A DNA stretch of 64,000 nt. Source: Leucoraja ocellata (taxonomy: Eukaryota). The translations under genes were made by a program, and so were the position numbers. Below the pieces are notes generated by a model, which searched no databases, was not told the origin of the DNA, and worked only from the letters and a program-made list of their open reading frames with translations. Of this stretch, positions 10,940 to 24,901 are shown in pieces. Every line of letters starts with the position of its first letter. The stretch's first letter is position 1. Location: assembly GCA_036785375.1 (NCBI GenBank), contig JAWMAR010000253.1, forward strand, positions 2,232,001 to 2,296,000. Reading direction: 5' to 3'.

Positions 10940-13900
10940 GTTTGTGGCTTTATCTTTTCATTCTAAGCACACTATTCAGTAACAGTCAAGGTTTTTAATT
11001 TCCTTTCTTTCCAAGTCAAACTCCCGATAGATCAGGTCAGGTCATAAATGGATCAATGGTTTACAGGAATGTGAAGTCTTGAGTGTAAACCTACAATGTT
11101 TCCTTTGCTATTTCATTCCAACTGATCCTATCTGTGAATTAGTCAGTGTTTGGCTGTAAGGGATGGGAATCATTCAAGTTCAACAACACTGATGTCACTA
11201 GAATTACTATTTATATTTGAGGAAATCTCTCTCTACCACCATTGTCTCTTGATTGTGCCATTGATGAATGTTTAATTAAACTGGTTCTCACAACCTGGTG
11301 CAACCAGGGTGGTTTGATGGCACAGGGGAAGAGTTGCTGCCTAATAGGCCTTTCTCACGGGGCGACTTGACGCAACCAGAGTGAAGTGGTCGTGGTCTAG
11401 CACGATATCCCACGATATAACGGGGGGGTAGACAAAGAGTTCCCACGGTACTCGGCATTTCTGTTATTTGTGCGAGTGACTTGTCCGTCTCCCGAGCTTT
11501 CCAGTTAAATCTTGAATGAGCATTGTATACTGTCAAGTGTAATTAAATCATCACGTGGCACAAATGATGTCACTTTTTTTTCACACACTATAAATATCCT
11601 CCCTTGGTTGAATTGGCTCATTTGGAGACATGCCTGTACTAATGCCATGACTTTACTGCAGGAAGATGCCACATTACTTAGGAGAGAGGGGGAAAGAGAC
11701 AGAGAGAGAGGCACAGAGGCAGTGTGATGTACTTCGGGGTGACTTGCGGAAGAGAAAGAGCGCACATGACCTTGGTCTATCTGTGTGTGTGGGAGCGAAG
11801 AGAGACTAAGCAGAATACATCGGTCTTGTGTGTGGGGGGAGAAAGAGAGAGTTGGGGGAGGGGGAGAAAGAGAGAGTTGGGGGAGGGGGAGAAAGAGAGA
11901 GGTGGGGGAGGGGGAGAAAGAGAGAGGTGGGGGAGGGGGAGAAAGGTGGGGGGGAGAGAGAGAAATGAGGGGAGACGTATATACACACACAAAGCAGAGT
12001 TTTACTGTGTATGTGGGAGACACAGATGGACTGAGCACAGTACCTCGGTCTTACTGTGTGCAGGAGAGGGGGAGAAAGAGACGTACACTCACAGAGGCAG
12101 AGTCTCTCAGCCTGTGTGAGAGGGAGGGAGGGAGAGAGAGAGAGGCACACACAAGGTGGATGTGAAATCTCACCTGCCCGTTTCAGTGACAGACACCCGC
12201 CGCCAGTAAATGAAGACACCCCCATCTGTCTCCCCCTCCTCTCCCTCGACTCCCCCACCTTTCCCTCCCAACTCCAGTCCCGTCCCGACCCCCTGGGATA
12301 TTGAAGGGAGCAACAATCAACTGCTGCCTGCCCGCTGAGTTAAAGAGTTCCCACGGTAGTAAGACGATGTTAGTTGCGCCCAAGTTTAAATTTCCAACGT
12401 GTGTTTCAGAGTAAAGAGTCAGCGCAGAATCCTTGATAATCAAAAACTGCCTGAATCAGCAAGTTAGACACAAAATGCTGGAGTAACTCAGCGGGCCAAG
12501 CAGCATCTCTGGAGAAAAGGAATAGACTTTGCGCCCCACCTGCGGTTCCCGGAGGTTGCAGGTGGTTGCCGGAGGTTGCAGGTAGTGGAAGCAGGTAGGG
12601 AGACTGACAAAAACCTCCGGGAACCGCACGGAAACCTTGGGTGGGGTGCAAAGTCTCCAGAGGTTTCCGTTCAGGTTTCCTAAGTGGGACAGGGGCATAA
12701 GATAGAGCTCTAGGGGCTGGTGGAATCAAGGGATATGGGGAGAAGGCAGGCATGGGTTTACTGATTGTGGATGATCAGCCATGATCACAATGAATTGCGG
12801 TGCTGGCTTGAAGGGCCAAATGGCCTCCTCCTGTACCTATTTCTATGTTTTCTATGTCTACGTTTTCTAAAGGCCTGTTTCGTAACTATACAACTACATT
12901 CTTATTACCCCTCTCCCTGCTGAGTGTTTCGCCATCTGGAGCAGTTTTACTGCGGTAGTCAATGTCTATTCATTGAGGGTGTTTACTCAAGAAACCACCG
13001 TGGCACTTCCTCATTATAGTGACACGCAGTTTGGAAACAGGTCATTTAACCCACAAAGTCCACGCTGACTCATCAAGCACCCATCTGTACTTTTCACATG
13101 TTATTCCCCGTCTAGGCAAATCTGGCACGGTGGTAGAGCTGCTGCCTCAAATGTTGATCGGGATGCTCCCTGTACAGTATGTACTGTACTGTACTGTATC
13201 ACAGTATGGTATGGCAACTGCTCTGTCTCGGACCGGAAAGCACTGCAGAGGGTGGTGAAAACTGCCCAACGCATCACCGGTTCCTCACTCCCGTCCAGTG
13301 AGTCTGCCCAGAGCAAGCATTGTCTGCGAAGGGCGCACAGCATCGTCAAGGACTGCTCGCACCCCAGCCACAGTCTGTTTACCCTCCTCCCATCCGGGAG
13401 TCGCTACAGGTCTCTCCGTTGCTGGACCAGCAGGTTCAAGTCAAGTCACATTTATTCATATAGCACATTTAAAAAATAACTCTCATTGGCCAAAGTGCTT
13501 TACATTTGTTATAAGAATAGCACAACAAAACAGACTACATACATATATACATGTAGCCCTCGCTCAGTGGACATCAGGAAAGGCTTGTAAGTATAGATCA
13601 GATTTTAGCCTTGACTTAAAGGAGTCGAGGGCGGGGGCAGTTCAGATGGGAAGGGGGATGCTGTTCCACAGTCTAGGAGATCAGGTTCAGGAACAGCTAC
13701 TTCCCTGCAGCTGTTACCGTACTTAACTCTGTACCTTGGTGATTGCCAGTCACCCCCCCCCCCCCACCCCCCCGGACACTCCTTCCCCCAGTCACTAATC
13801 TCACTCACCCCCACAGAAATTTGCAATACTGCTACTGTATATACATATATATATATTACTGTTCCATTATTCTGTGTTCGTACTTCTGGGTGAGACGCTA

Positions 13901-14291
13901 ACTGCATGTCGTTGTCTCTGTACTTGTACACTGCATAATGACAAAGTTTTGAATCTAAAAAATCTACAGAGTTTGTACGTTCTACCTGTGACTGTGTGGG
14001 TCTTCTCCAGGTGCTCCAGTTCCCTCCCACATGCCAAAGATGTGTCTGTAGGTTAATTGGCATTTGTAAATTGTCCCTAGTATGTAGGATAGTGCAAGTG
14101 TATGGGGTGATTGCTGGTTGGCATGGACTCGGTGGGCAGAAGGGCTTGTTTCGACATTGTATCCTTAAAGTCTAAAGTAAAGTCTAAAGATGTAGGAAGG
14201 AACTGCAGATACTGGTTTAGACTGAAGACAGACGCAAAATGCTGGAGGAACTCAGCAGGATAGGCAGCATCCCTGGAGCAAAGGAATGGGT

Positions 14292-14319
14292 GACATTTCG
14301 GGTCGAGACCCTTCTTCAG
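14292..14319 (-). ncRNA. Minimal hammerhead ribozyme motif in a short dispersed repeat
   Basis: CTGAAGAAGGGTCTCGACCCGAAATGTC on the minus strand. Confidence 0.5.
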
Positions 14320-14828
14320 TCTGACATTAGAGGGGAGGGAGATACATAGATAAGGAATCGGGAAGGTGTGAAAACAGGTCAAAGGGAATGGAGATCATGG
14401 AAAATGTAGAATTGACCCGAAAATTGTGAAATTTCTGCTCATGTGCTCAATATAAAGGGTACAGCTGTGTCAAAATATAGGTTCCAATGAATCATGTTTT
14501 GGGGAAAATACAGAACATTCATTACGCATCGGAAATGATGTCTCCGGAACCTGTTCTGAGCTTTTAAGAGGTGAACAGTGAAGAGGGCAGTGTCTACGTG
14601 GACATTAGCACAGCCTTTGACAACGTCCCACATCGTAAGTTGGTCTGGAAGAAGAGATCATGTAGGATCAATGGCAAGCTCGTCAACTGGACAATATATT
14701 GGCGTAAAGGTGGAATGAATGAATGACCAAATGAATAAGTTTATTGGCCAAGTAATTAAGCGAAATTAAGTGAGAGCCCTGCAAGGTGTATAATATTTTT
14801 GACACTGTCATAGGCCTTTCTTACATAT

Positions 14829-15871
14829 TAGCAATGTTAAAAAATTTTGAGATTTAAAAAATCAAGTCTGCAATTTATCCCATCAGATAAAGCATAAAAA
14901 TAAGTTTAATTTGACACCGAATTCACTTTCATATCTTCAGTATTAAAGAAGTTATGGCCGTTTTCATACTCGGAAATTAGCATCTTGTTCCCTATTGATT
15001 TTCCATTGACTTATCACAAAATCTGTGATCGAGGACAGTCTAACGCCCATAACTTTCTTAAAAATTAAGAGAACTGAATTTTTTCCCAGTTATTATAGAT
15101 GGAAGCATTCTGAAACAAATATTAAACAATCTTACTTGGATGACCTGAACTTAAAGCATATAATTAGTTAGTTACCCAATTGTAGCTAATTCCAAAATTC
15201 AATTACTAGATCTAAACATCTATCCATTTCTTAAGGAAAAATTAACATTTTTAAATAGCCTAAGTGTCCAAAGAACATTCAGACAAGAATTCACAATTAA
15301 ACATGATTTTTAAATCTTATTGACATTAATTTATAGGCCAAATGGAAGGAATTTAGTGTTCAATTGCTGTAAATTAATGGCCATTTAAATCAGCTTTCGA
15401 GTGGGATCCTGAGGAATGCATTGTTTTGGAACGTTCCCATTGCAGTGGATTTGTACCCCATATGCCCAGAAAAATACTGCGGGATTTAATGGGCCCCCAA
15501 ATTAGCTACTCGCAACATAAAATTTTGTATAAAGGGATCTTAAGAAGCGCTTTTTAATGTAAAAATAAACAACCTACCTTCCGTTTTCCCCTGTATGAGA
15601 TCCGTCCCGTTGTCGGCGGTCGCAGGTTTAGAGGCCGATTTTTAACCTACTATAACAATTAAATTAACCAATTACGTTTAAAAATAGCTGCAGCGAACGA
15701 ACCTCGCAGCCTTTTATCGTCAGCAACTAATTAGGCTGAACAACCTCGATTTGAATACCCTAGAGAAAATCGCGTTTTAAACCCGCCCCCCCTCTCAAAG
15801 GCGCCAAAATCGCGCACACGGGGAGCAACAGATTTGCAGCGCCGCTGAACGTAGGTTTTGTAACATACCTA
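14829..15871. mobile_element. Non-autonomous TIR DNA transposon, about 1 kb, 7-bp TSD
   Basis: TAG...CTA termini with imperfect TIRs. TSD TACATAT; the empty site is seen in paralogous sequence near 38455. Confidence 0.8.
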
Positions 15872-16337
15872 TACATATGCTATCACAACGCACTGTAGTC
15901 TCTAAACAACCCTTCAGTAATTTTCCTTGCCCTCCGGAATAATAGTGTTTTAAGCCAATAACTCGACACTAGCAGTGGCAATAAATAATTAAATAAATAA
16001 ACAAAGTGCAGCTTTCTAGCCCCTTATCTCTTGGCCACGCTCGGCTGCAAATAGGTGTCAATCTGGTGGACCATCTTCTTCTAGTCATGGGGGTGGGGGG
16101 TTGGGAGGGGCCTCGCAAGTGGAACAGCTTCATCTAAATCCAGCACTGTTTGTTTTAACTCTCTATGTTGAATTTAATACTGTTTCTCTTCTTCTGCCTC
16201 GGCCCTTACTCCCTTCCTCTTCTTCATCTGCCTTTAATGAGGAAAAGCTTAATTCTGTCCAAATGTTCCCTTATTTTAGATGGTCAGGGAAAGGGATCCC
16301 TCCACCTTTTCTCATTTCCAAACCATTTGGTGAAAAT

Positions 16338-16373
<36 letters not shown>

Positions 16374-17821
16374 TCAACCAAGCAACACCACCCCTTTTTT
16401 CTCAACCCGACAATTCCAGGCGCACACCTCATCCCCTGTATCTCAACCTGACAAATCCACGGGGGTCCCAACATGGTCATCGTTTTGGGGGACTTTTAGC
16501 AAAGCTTACCTCAGCCGTGTCCTTCCAAAATACAGACTTCATGTTACCTACCCCACAAGAGGGGAGAGAACACTCGATCACTGTTATACGGCAATCAAGA
16601 AAGCATATCGCTCTGTTCCCTGGCGGGTCTGGGTCTCTCTGGTCTAGTTCACCTTATTCCGATCTACAGGCAGAAACTAAAAGCTGCTAAGCCTGTGGTC
16701 AGAACAACGAAAAGGGGGACAAGGAAGATAATTGAGAACCTACAATCCTGCTTTGACTGCACAGATTGGAATGTGTTCAGGGAAGGAAACACAAGCCTCG
16801 ATGAGTATACGGACACTGTATCAAGTCAAGTCAAGTTTATTTGTCACATACACATACGAGATGTGCAGTGAAATGAAAGTGGCAATGCTCGCGGACCTTT
16901 GTGCAAAAGACAAACAACAAAACAACCAAACATCATATGTCAGCTTTTGCAAGAACATTTGCATTCCAACTAAGACCCAGACATGGTTCAATAACAACAA
17001 GCCCTAGTTCACTGCAGAACTCAGACTGCTCCAATGCTCCAACCCTCCGCAGTTGCCTCTGCGGGCGTCCAGATGTTGAGACAAGGCAAGTCCAGGTAAG
17101 TCTTGAATCGGTGCCTCCCCACCGGAGACCGCGGCTTCAAGTTGGTGTAGGCCGCAGGCCGACGGTCGAAGACCTAAAGTCCCCGCCGTGCCGCAGCAAG
17201 AATCACCGCAGACCGCTGGGCCGGAGGTCGGAACTCCTCTCCAGGGATCCCCGGCGAGGGACCCCGCTCCGGATGGTAAGTCCCCACTGCTCTTGTCCTC
17301 CCGGGTACCCAATGAGGGATCCCAGGCGCCAGACGACGCGCCAGCTGGAGCTACGCAGACCGCGACATCAGGCTGCCGCGGGCCAGCGAAAGGAGCGCTC
17401 CCCTCCGGCGAGGGCTCGCCCGCTCCGCAGCTGAAGTCCTGGGCGCATCTCCAGGAAAAGCCGCACCGATCCTCTATGTTAGGCCACGAGGGAGGCAACA
17501 TGGAAAAAGTCGCCTCTCCGTGGAGGAGGCGACCGAAACGGTTTCTTCCTTAACCCCCCCCCCCCCCCCCCCACAGCACCCCCCCCCTCCCCACCCCCAC
17601 ACAATACACACCGGGAAACATTAAAAACACACATTGAGACACACTATGAAAAGAAAATAAGTAGAAAAACAAACACGCTGCTGGCAGGGCTGATTAACAA
17701 ACACAGACCTATGTGACTGATTAACAAATGTTCACCAAAGATGGAAGGTGGAAATGATCGGCAGTGGGTAAAAACAAGGGCATGAAAGACTGAAAATGCT
17801 GGAATCTGGAATTAAAAAAAG

Positions 17822-18863
17822 TAGGTATGTTACAAAACCTACCTGAATCGTGGCTGAGCATCTGCCCCACCCCTCGTGTGTGATTTTGGTGCTGTTTAGA
17901 GGGGGCGGGTTTAAAACGCGATTTTTACTAGGCTGTTGCAATCGAAAATGTTCAGCCTAGTAAATCATTAACGGAAAATCGCTGAAAGACCCCGTCGCAA
18001 AAGGTGTTATTAGTTTTTATGGCCTTGTAAAATAGTTAGAGTAGTTTAAAAATCACTTTCTAAACTCGCAACCTCTCGCAGCCCCAGGGTTTTATAAAGC
18101 AAACAATTAAAGGTAAGAACCTTATTTTTACATTAAATGGGGCATGTATATAACCCTGTTATTAAAGTTTTCTATAGCGAGTAGCTCATTTTGGGCTCTT
18201 TATATCCCGCAGTATTTTTCTGAGCGTTTGAGGGCACAAATCCAGCGCAATGTGAACGTTCTAAACCAGCGCGTTCACAGGAACCCACTAGAAAGCCGAT
18301 TTAAATTGACTTTAATTTACAGCAATTGAACACTAAATTCCTTCCATTTGGCCTATAAATTGATGTAAATGAGATTTAAAAATCATGTTTTATTGTGAAT
18401 TATTTGTGAATATTATTTGGACACTTGGGCTATTTAAAAATGTTAATAATTTATTAAGAAATGGATAGATGTTTAGATCTAGTAAATTGAAGTTTGAAAT
18501 TAGCTACAATTGGGTAACTAACTAATTATATGCTTTAATTTCAGGTCATCCAAGTTAGATTATTTTTATATTTGTTTCAGAATGCTTCAATCTATGATAA
18601 CTGAAAATTTCATTCAGTTCTCTTAATTTTTAAGAAGGTTATGTGCTTTTGACTGTCCACGATCACAGCTTTTTTGTTATGTCCATAGAAAATCAATAGG
18701 GAACAGGATGCTAATTTCCGAGTATGAAAATGGCCATAACTTTTTTATTAACTTGAGATATGAAAGTGAATTAGGTATCAAATTAAACTTATTGTTATGC
18801 TTTATCTGATGGGATAAATTGCAGACTTGATGTTTTAAATCTCAAAATTTTGTAACCTTGCTA
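17822..18863. mobile_element. Second copy of the same 1-kb element, inverted
   Basis: Reverse-complement homologue of 14829-15871, TSD AAAAAAG. Confidence 0.8.
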
Positions 18864-20661
18864 AAAAAAGGAGATTTCTCTCAGTTACCAGTCATTTTAA
18901 TTCCCTTCCCAATTCTTCCAGTTAGAGTAATACAGCGTGGAAACAGGCCCTTCAGCCCAACTCGCCCACACCGACCAACATGTCCCATCAAAACTAGTCC
19001 CACCCGTCCTCAGATCCCTCTAAACCTCTCCTGTCCATGTACCTGTACCAATGTTTCTTAAGCATTGCGATTGCACATGCCTCAACTCACTCCTCTGGCA
19101 CCTTGTTCCATACACTGTGTAAAAGAGTTAACTCTCAGGTTCCTATTAAATCTATCCCCCATCACTGTAAGCTCATGTCCTCTCATTCTCGATTTGACTA
19201 CTCTACCCGATTCTTGCGATAATACCCACAGCCTCCTGTCACCCTATATCTGCCCCTCACCTGCGACATCTGCCCTCACTCTCCCACTGGGATCCTCTCC
19301 CCCACCCACTACTCACCCTCGCCTCCCTCTGTTGTTCCCATCTGCACCACCCCTTATTTGGTTCCATTCTACATCTTCCATTCCTTTAGACTATAGAGAG
19401 ATACAGCATTGAAACAGGCCCTTCGGCACACCGAGTCCACACTGACTAGTGATCACCCTGTACACCAGCACTATCCCACACACAATGGACAATGTTACAA
19501 CTGACCGAATCCAATTAACCGCCAAACCTGCTCGTCTTTGGAGTGTGCGAGGAAACCGGAGCGCCCGGAGGAAACCCACGCGGTGTCGGGGAGAACGTGC
19601 AAACTCCATACAGACAGCACCCAAGGTCAGGATGGTTTAGAGGTAATTTAATCTCTAGATTATCTACTGTTATTTTTCTTGCTGGGAGATACTCCACCCT
19701 GAGACAACATACAAACTGTGAACATTAGAAACTTTAGATGGTTTACAAAGAAAAGACACAAAGTGCTGGAGTAACTAACGGGCCAGGCAGCATCTCTGGA
19801 GAACATGGATAGGTGATATTTAGGGTTGGGACCCTTCTTCGGACGAATTATGGAGTGGGGTGTGGGGGAACGCAAGCTAGATGGGAGGAATCATAGTGAT
19901 ACAGCGTGGGGACAGTCCCTTCAGCCCAACTCACCCACGCCGAACAACATGTCCCATCTAAACTAAACCATCTCCACCTGCCCGCGTTTGGCCCATATCC
20001 ATCTAAACCTGTCCTATCCATGTACCTGTCTGTTTCTTAAACATTGTGATAGTACCAGCCTCAACTACCTCCTCCGACAGCTCCTTCCATACACCCACCA
20101 CCCCTTGTGTAAAAAAGGTACCCTTCAGGTTCCTTTTAAATGTCTCTCCCTCACCTTAAAAGGAGGGGCAGGATGAAACAGGGCAGTAAATAGGTGAATG
20201 GGGGGAGGTGCGTTTTGATGGGCAGATGCTTGGACAACGGCCAGCCGTGACCAAACAGAAGGTGTGAGACAAAAGGATTGAAGATTGTGAATTATGAAGC
20301 TAGAGGGGGGAATGTAGGTAGAGGGGAAGGGGAGAATAGTTGTGAGTTCAGTGGGGCAGAGGGGAGGTGGAGGGAGGGGAGAAAGGGGAGGGTGGTATGG
20401 TGGAGAAAGGGGATGAGGGTTGATAGAGGTTACCTAAGATTGGAGAATTCAGTGAGCATACAGAATATGTGGATATATAGCATACGAGATGGTGTTCCCC
20501 CAGTTTGCATGTGGCCTCACTCTGGTAATGGAGGAGGGACAGGACAGAAAGGTAGGTAGGGAAATGGGATGGGGAGTTAAAATTGTTAGCAATGGGAGAT
20601 CCAGGAAGCCTTAGCAGACCGAGCGCATTATTCAGCAAAACAGTAAACGAGCAGACGCCTG

Positions 20662-21190
20662 ATAGAAACATAGACAATAGGTGCAGCAGTAGAGGCCATT
20701 CGGCCCTTCGAGCCTGCACCGCCATTCAATATGATCATGGCTGATCATCCAACTCAGTATCCCATCCTTGCCTTCTCTCCATACCCCCTGATCCCTTTAG
20801 CCACAAGGGCCACATCTAACTCCCCCTTAAATATAGCCAACAAACTGTGGCCTCAACAACCTTCTGTGGCAGAGAATTCCAGAGATTTACCACTCTGTGT
20901 GAAAAATGTTTTTCTCATCTCAGTCCTAAAAGATTTCCCGTTTACCCTTAAACTGTGACCCCTTGTTCTCGACTTCCCCAACATCGGGAACAATCTTCCT
21001 ACATCTAGCCTGTCCAACCCTTTAAGAATTTTGTAAGTTTCTATAAGATCCCCCCTCAATCTTCTAAATTCTAGCGAGTACAAGCCGAGTCTATCCAGTC
21101 TTTCTTCATATGAAAGTCCTGCCATCCCAGGAATCAGTCTGATGAACCTTCTCTGTACACCCTCTATGGCAAGAATGTCTTTCCTCAGAT
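20662..21190 (-). mobile_element. CR1-clade LINE 3' fragment
   Basis: GLSYEERLDRLGLYSLEFRRLRGDLIETYKI. Confidence 0.9.
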
Positions 21191-24100
21191 TACCGTCTGG
21201 TAAAACTGGTTGTTCTGTACAATGTCTTGGTTAAATTTCTAAGAATCACTTGCACACATTTTTTATTCACACCAAGTGTGGCATGGGACCACAGTGGACA
21301 CAGAATGCTACCGCATCTATAGTCAGGGTCCAAACCACATTGAGTGATCTAAACCTCGCCTCGCTAAATGGACAAAGTATTCTCAGCATTTTTTAAGTAC
21401 TTTTACGTTCCATGACGACTTAGAAACTGCAGGCAAGCAGGGGCTATCAGTCCTATAATCCCTCTGAAAAAAGTCATCCTCGAACACCCACAATTGAATC
21501 TTCATTCTTGGCACATTCTATCCACTGTCAAATCAACAAATTCCTTCCCTCCCTTATTGAAACACTCGCTAAAATCTAACCATCTAAGCTTTCGTCATGT
21601 TTCTTAGCTTCACCTCCAGCAGGGCGGCCAACATTGGCTGAGAGTTGAGAGTGAGAAATTGCGAGAGTGCGTGGTGACCGGGGAGGGGGTGGGGGTGTGG
21701 GAGGTGGGTGTTCGGGTTTTTCGGGCTATATGCTGGATTTGGCTTGTGTGCCGTAGGTTACCGAACCCTGTCCCAGATGTTTGGCCTCATTGTGACCCCC
21801 CCCCCCCCCCATGTTTTACAACCAATTCACCTGGTTAGTTCGATATCCGGCTGCTTCATGTTGTCGGCGACTGCACATCCAACCAAGAAAGAAGAAGAGA
21901 AGAGACGCAATGTCACTCACAGCCGCCAACTGACGCGCTTCCACAGACCGCACAGATCGCTCTGATGTGGTGCAAAAGAGACAAACTGTGCAGGGACTGA
22001 AGACCGCGTGAGAATTCTGTAATCAGCGTGAGAATTGGCTGAAATGCGTGACTCTCACGCTCAAAGCGTGAGAGTTGGCAGCCCTGTCTAAGGCCAGGAT
22101 GTGACAACAGACGCACAGGGAGACACACACACAAAGGAAGACACACACACCTTTCCTTCCCCCTCCCTCCCTCCATCCTCCCGTTCCTCCCTCCTGCCCC
22201 CATCCCCTCTTTCTCCCCCTCCCACCCTCTTTCCTCACCCTCCCTCTTTTCTTCCATTTCTCCTTTCCTACCTTAATCCCCTTTCTACATTCCCTCCCCT
22301 TGTCTCACTTTGCCTCCATCCCTCCCTTTTTCTCTCTCTCTCTCTTCCCCCCCCCCCCTCCCTCTCTCCCCAGGGGAGTCTGGCGGGCACGGTGTAGCGT
22401 GGATTGGTGTAGCTGGCGCTGCCGTGTGAGTTGAAGGGCAGAAGGGAGGGAGCGAGGGAGGGAGCGAGACTGCAGCGGCGGCCGGCAGCGCAGCGCTCAC
22501 AGCCGGCAAACAGATGCGCTGACACCCGGCGGCTGCACATGCGACCAAGAGAGAAGAGACGGGACGTCACTCACAGCCGTCAACCGATGCGCTTCCCCAG
22601 ACCGTGCAGATCACTGTTGTGGCGCAAACTTGAGACAAACCGTGCAGCGAAGATCGTATAGCTCCGCTATAGGATCCTTGCTGTCCAGGGACTGAAGACA
22701 GCGTGAGAATTCTGTCTTCAGCGTGAGGGCGTGAGAAGTTGCTGAAATGAGTGAGTCTCACGCTCAACGCGTGAGAGTTGGCAGCCAGTTTTAGGTTATT
22801 AACACTATGATATTTCTTTGGACATTGTGTTACATTTTTGTTTTAAATTTTCCATACTCCACTCATCTTTTAACGGTCTTTCTGGTAACTCTTTCATTCA
22901 GCTTGGGTAATAAAGCATCATATTCAGATGTTAGTGCTGTAGTAGTAATGCCCAAATAATTAGATGAGATTGAAACGGGCGCGGTTAGATTCATGAGATC
23001 ATGAACGCAGCCGAAACACTTAACGTGCAACAGAGAGAGAGAGAGAGAACTATGAGAGAACAATTCCCAGGGAAGCAGAAGCAGAACTAGGAGCAAACTG
23101 TCAGAAAAGTTGAACTGCAACAGAAGCTAAATGAGGAAGTGAGAAAACACATAAAAACAAATGTGGAAAGCCACAGAAATACAAATAGGATTACAACAAG
23201 GGTTAAACATTTGTGAAATGTGAGAACAATGGAGACAAAGGTAGAGCCACAAGGAATTGCGGATGTTGGAATCTTGAACAAAACAAAAAAGTACTGGAGG
23301 AACTGGAGTGACAAAGGCATATATGCAGCAATCTCATGGGATTGGATGGAATTTTTTCTGCTGATCATAATGCCGAGCAGAATCAAACTGTATAAGAGTA
23401 TCTCTGGAGAAGGGTCTCAACCCGAAACGTCACCTATTCCTTTTCTCTACAGATGCTGCTTGACCCGCTGAGTTACTCCAGCATTTTGTATCCATCTTCA
23501 GTATACAGCCTCTCTTGCACCCCATCTAATCTGGCCTCCAGGGATTTGTGAAATTGCCCATAATGAGGCTCTTAGTGAATCAGGGATGAAACAACCCTTA
23601 ATGACTTAACCACCCAAAAACTCAACAACAAAAACATTTCTTATTGGCTCAATCAATGGGTTCTGGGATCACATCATTTTTTTTCAATTCTATTTTTCTG
23701 GATCTGGGCCTCACTGACAAGGCCAGCATTTAATGCCCATCATGCCCTTGAGAAGGTAGTGGTGAACTGCCTTATTGTACAACAAATTGTCATTCCGAAA
23801 CCTGCTTAATTAACACATATCATTATATTTATCTATTTATCTCTCGCTTTCTTTATCTCTTTCTTTCTTNNNNNNNNNNNNNNNNNNNNNNNNNNNNNNN
23901 NNNNNNNNNNNNNNNNNNNNNNNNNNNNNNNNNNNNNNNNNNNNNNNNNNNNNNNNNNNNNNNNNNNNNNNNNNNNNNNNNNNNNNNNNNNNNNNNNNNN
24001 NNNNNNNNNNNNNNNNNNNNNNNNNNNNNNNNNNNNNNNNNNNNNNNNNNNNNNNNNNNNNNNNNNNNNNNNNNNNNNNNNNNNNNNNNNNNNNNNNNNN

Positions 24101-24822
24101 NNNNNNNNNNNNNNNNNNNNNNNNNNNTTCTCTCTTTTTTCATTTCTTTCTCTCTCTCTCTTTCTTTCTTTCTTTATCTCTCTCTCGTTCTTTCTTTATC
24201 TCTCTTTTTTTCTTTCGTTATCTCTCTCTTTCCTACCTTCCTTCCTTCCTGTTTATAGTTTATCTTATCTCTGTCTTTCTTTATTTCTTTTCTTTAAAAA
24301 ACACTTTAAAAATTGAAGCTATGTAAGAACTCTAACCAATTTATCATTTATTACTATTTGTACATATGCTTTTAATAAAAACATATATATTTTTAAAAAG
24401 CATCAATAATTTATTTATTTATTTTTAAACAAAAAAATGAACCACACTAAGATAAGTCAGGAATCACAGATTGTTTGGACCAGATAAGGGCAGCAGATTT
24501 CCACAAATTCACCACACTCTGACTGAAGAAGTTCCTCCTCACTTCCTTTAAGTCTGAGCTATTACCTCAGGTCAAAGACACACACACACACACACACACA
24601 CACCAGTGGAAACATCCTTTCTGCATCCTGCATTTCTCTATGCCTTTTTGAACAAAGAGGGCATGCCTGGCAAATAAATGTACAAAACATTATTAGTTAC
24701 TCGCACCCGCTGAGTTACTCAAGCATTTTGTGGCCATGCATGTGAATTCAGACCATCAGTGAATGATCTGTGCTGGATGTAGAGGAAGAGTTGAAGCAGA
24801 GAAAGCAGATCAAGCTTCATAC

Positions 24823-24901
24823 CTTTCAGCTTGGACAGCAAGAACAACAGAGAGGAGAGCAGATTTGATCAGTTGTAAAAGTCACATTCTGCTAGTGGCA
24901 C
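24823..24901 (-). CDS. Putative terminal coding exon (short cytoplasmic tail and stop), copy B
   Basis: Polypyrimidine tract plus tacag acceptor, AG|GTATGA donor. A 79-nt homologue with both splice sites occurs at 60597-60675. All three frames stop within 11 codons. Confidence 0.5.

Noticed and set aside
24823-24887. Hydrophobic LLQLIKSALLSVVLAVQAE stretch as another leader exon
   Set aside because: The ATG is followed immediately by a stop in both copies (ATG TGA, ATG TAA), and copy C has a second stop.
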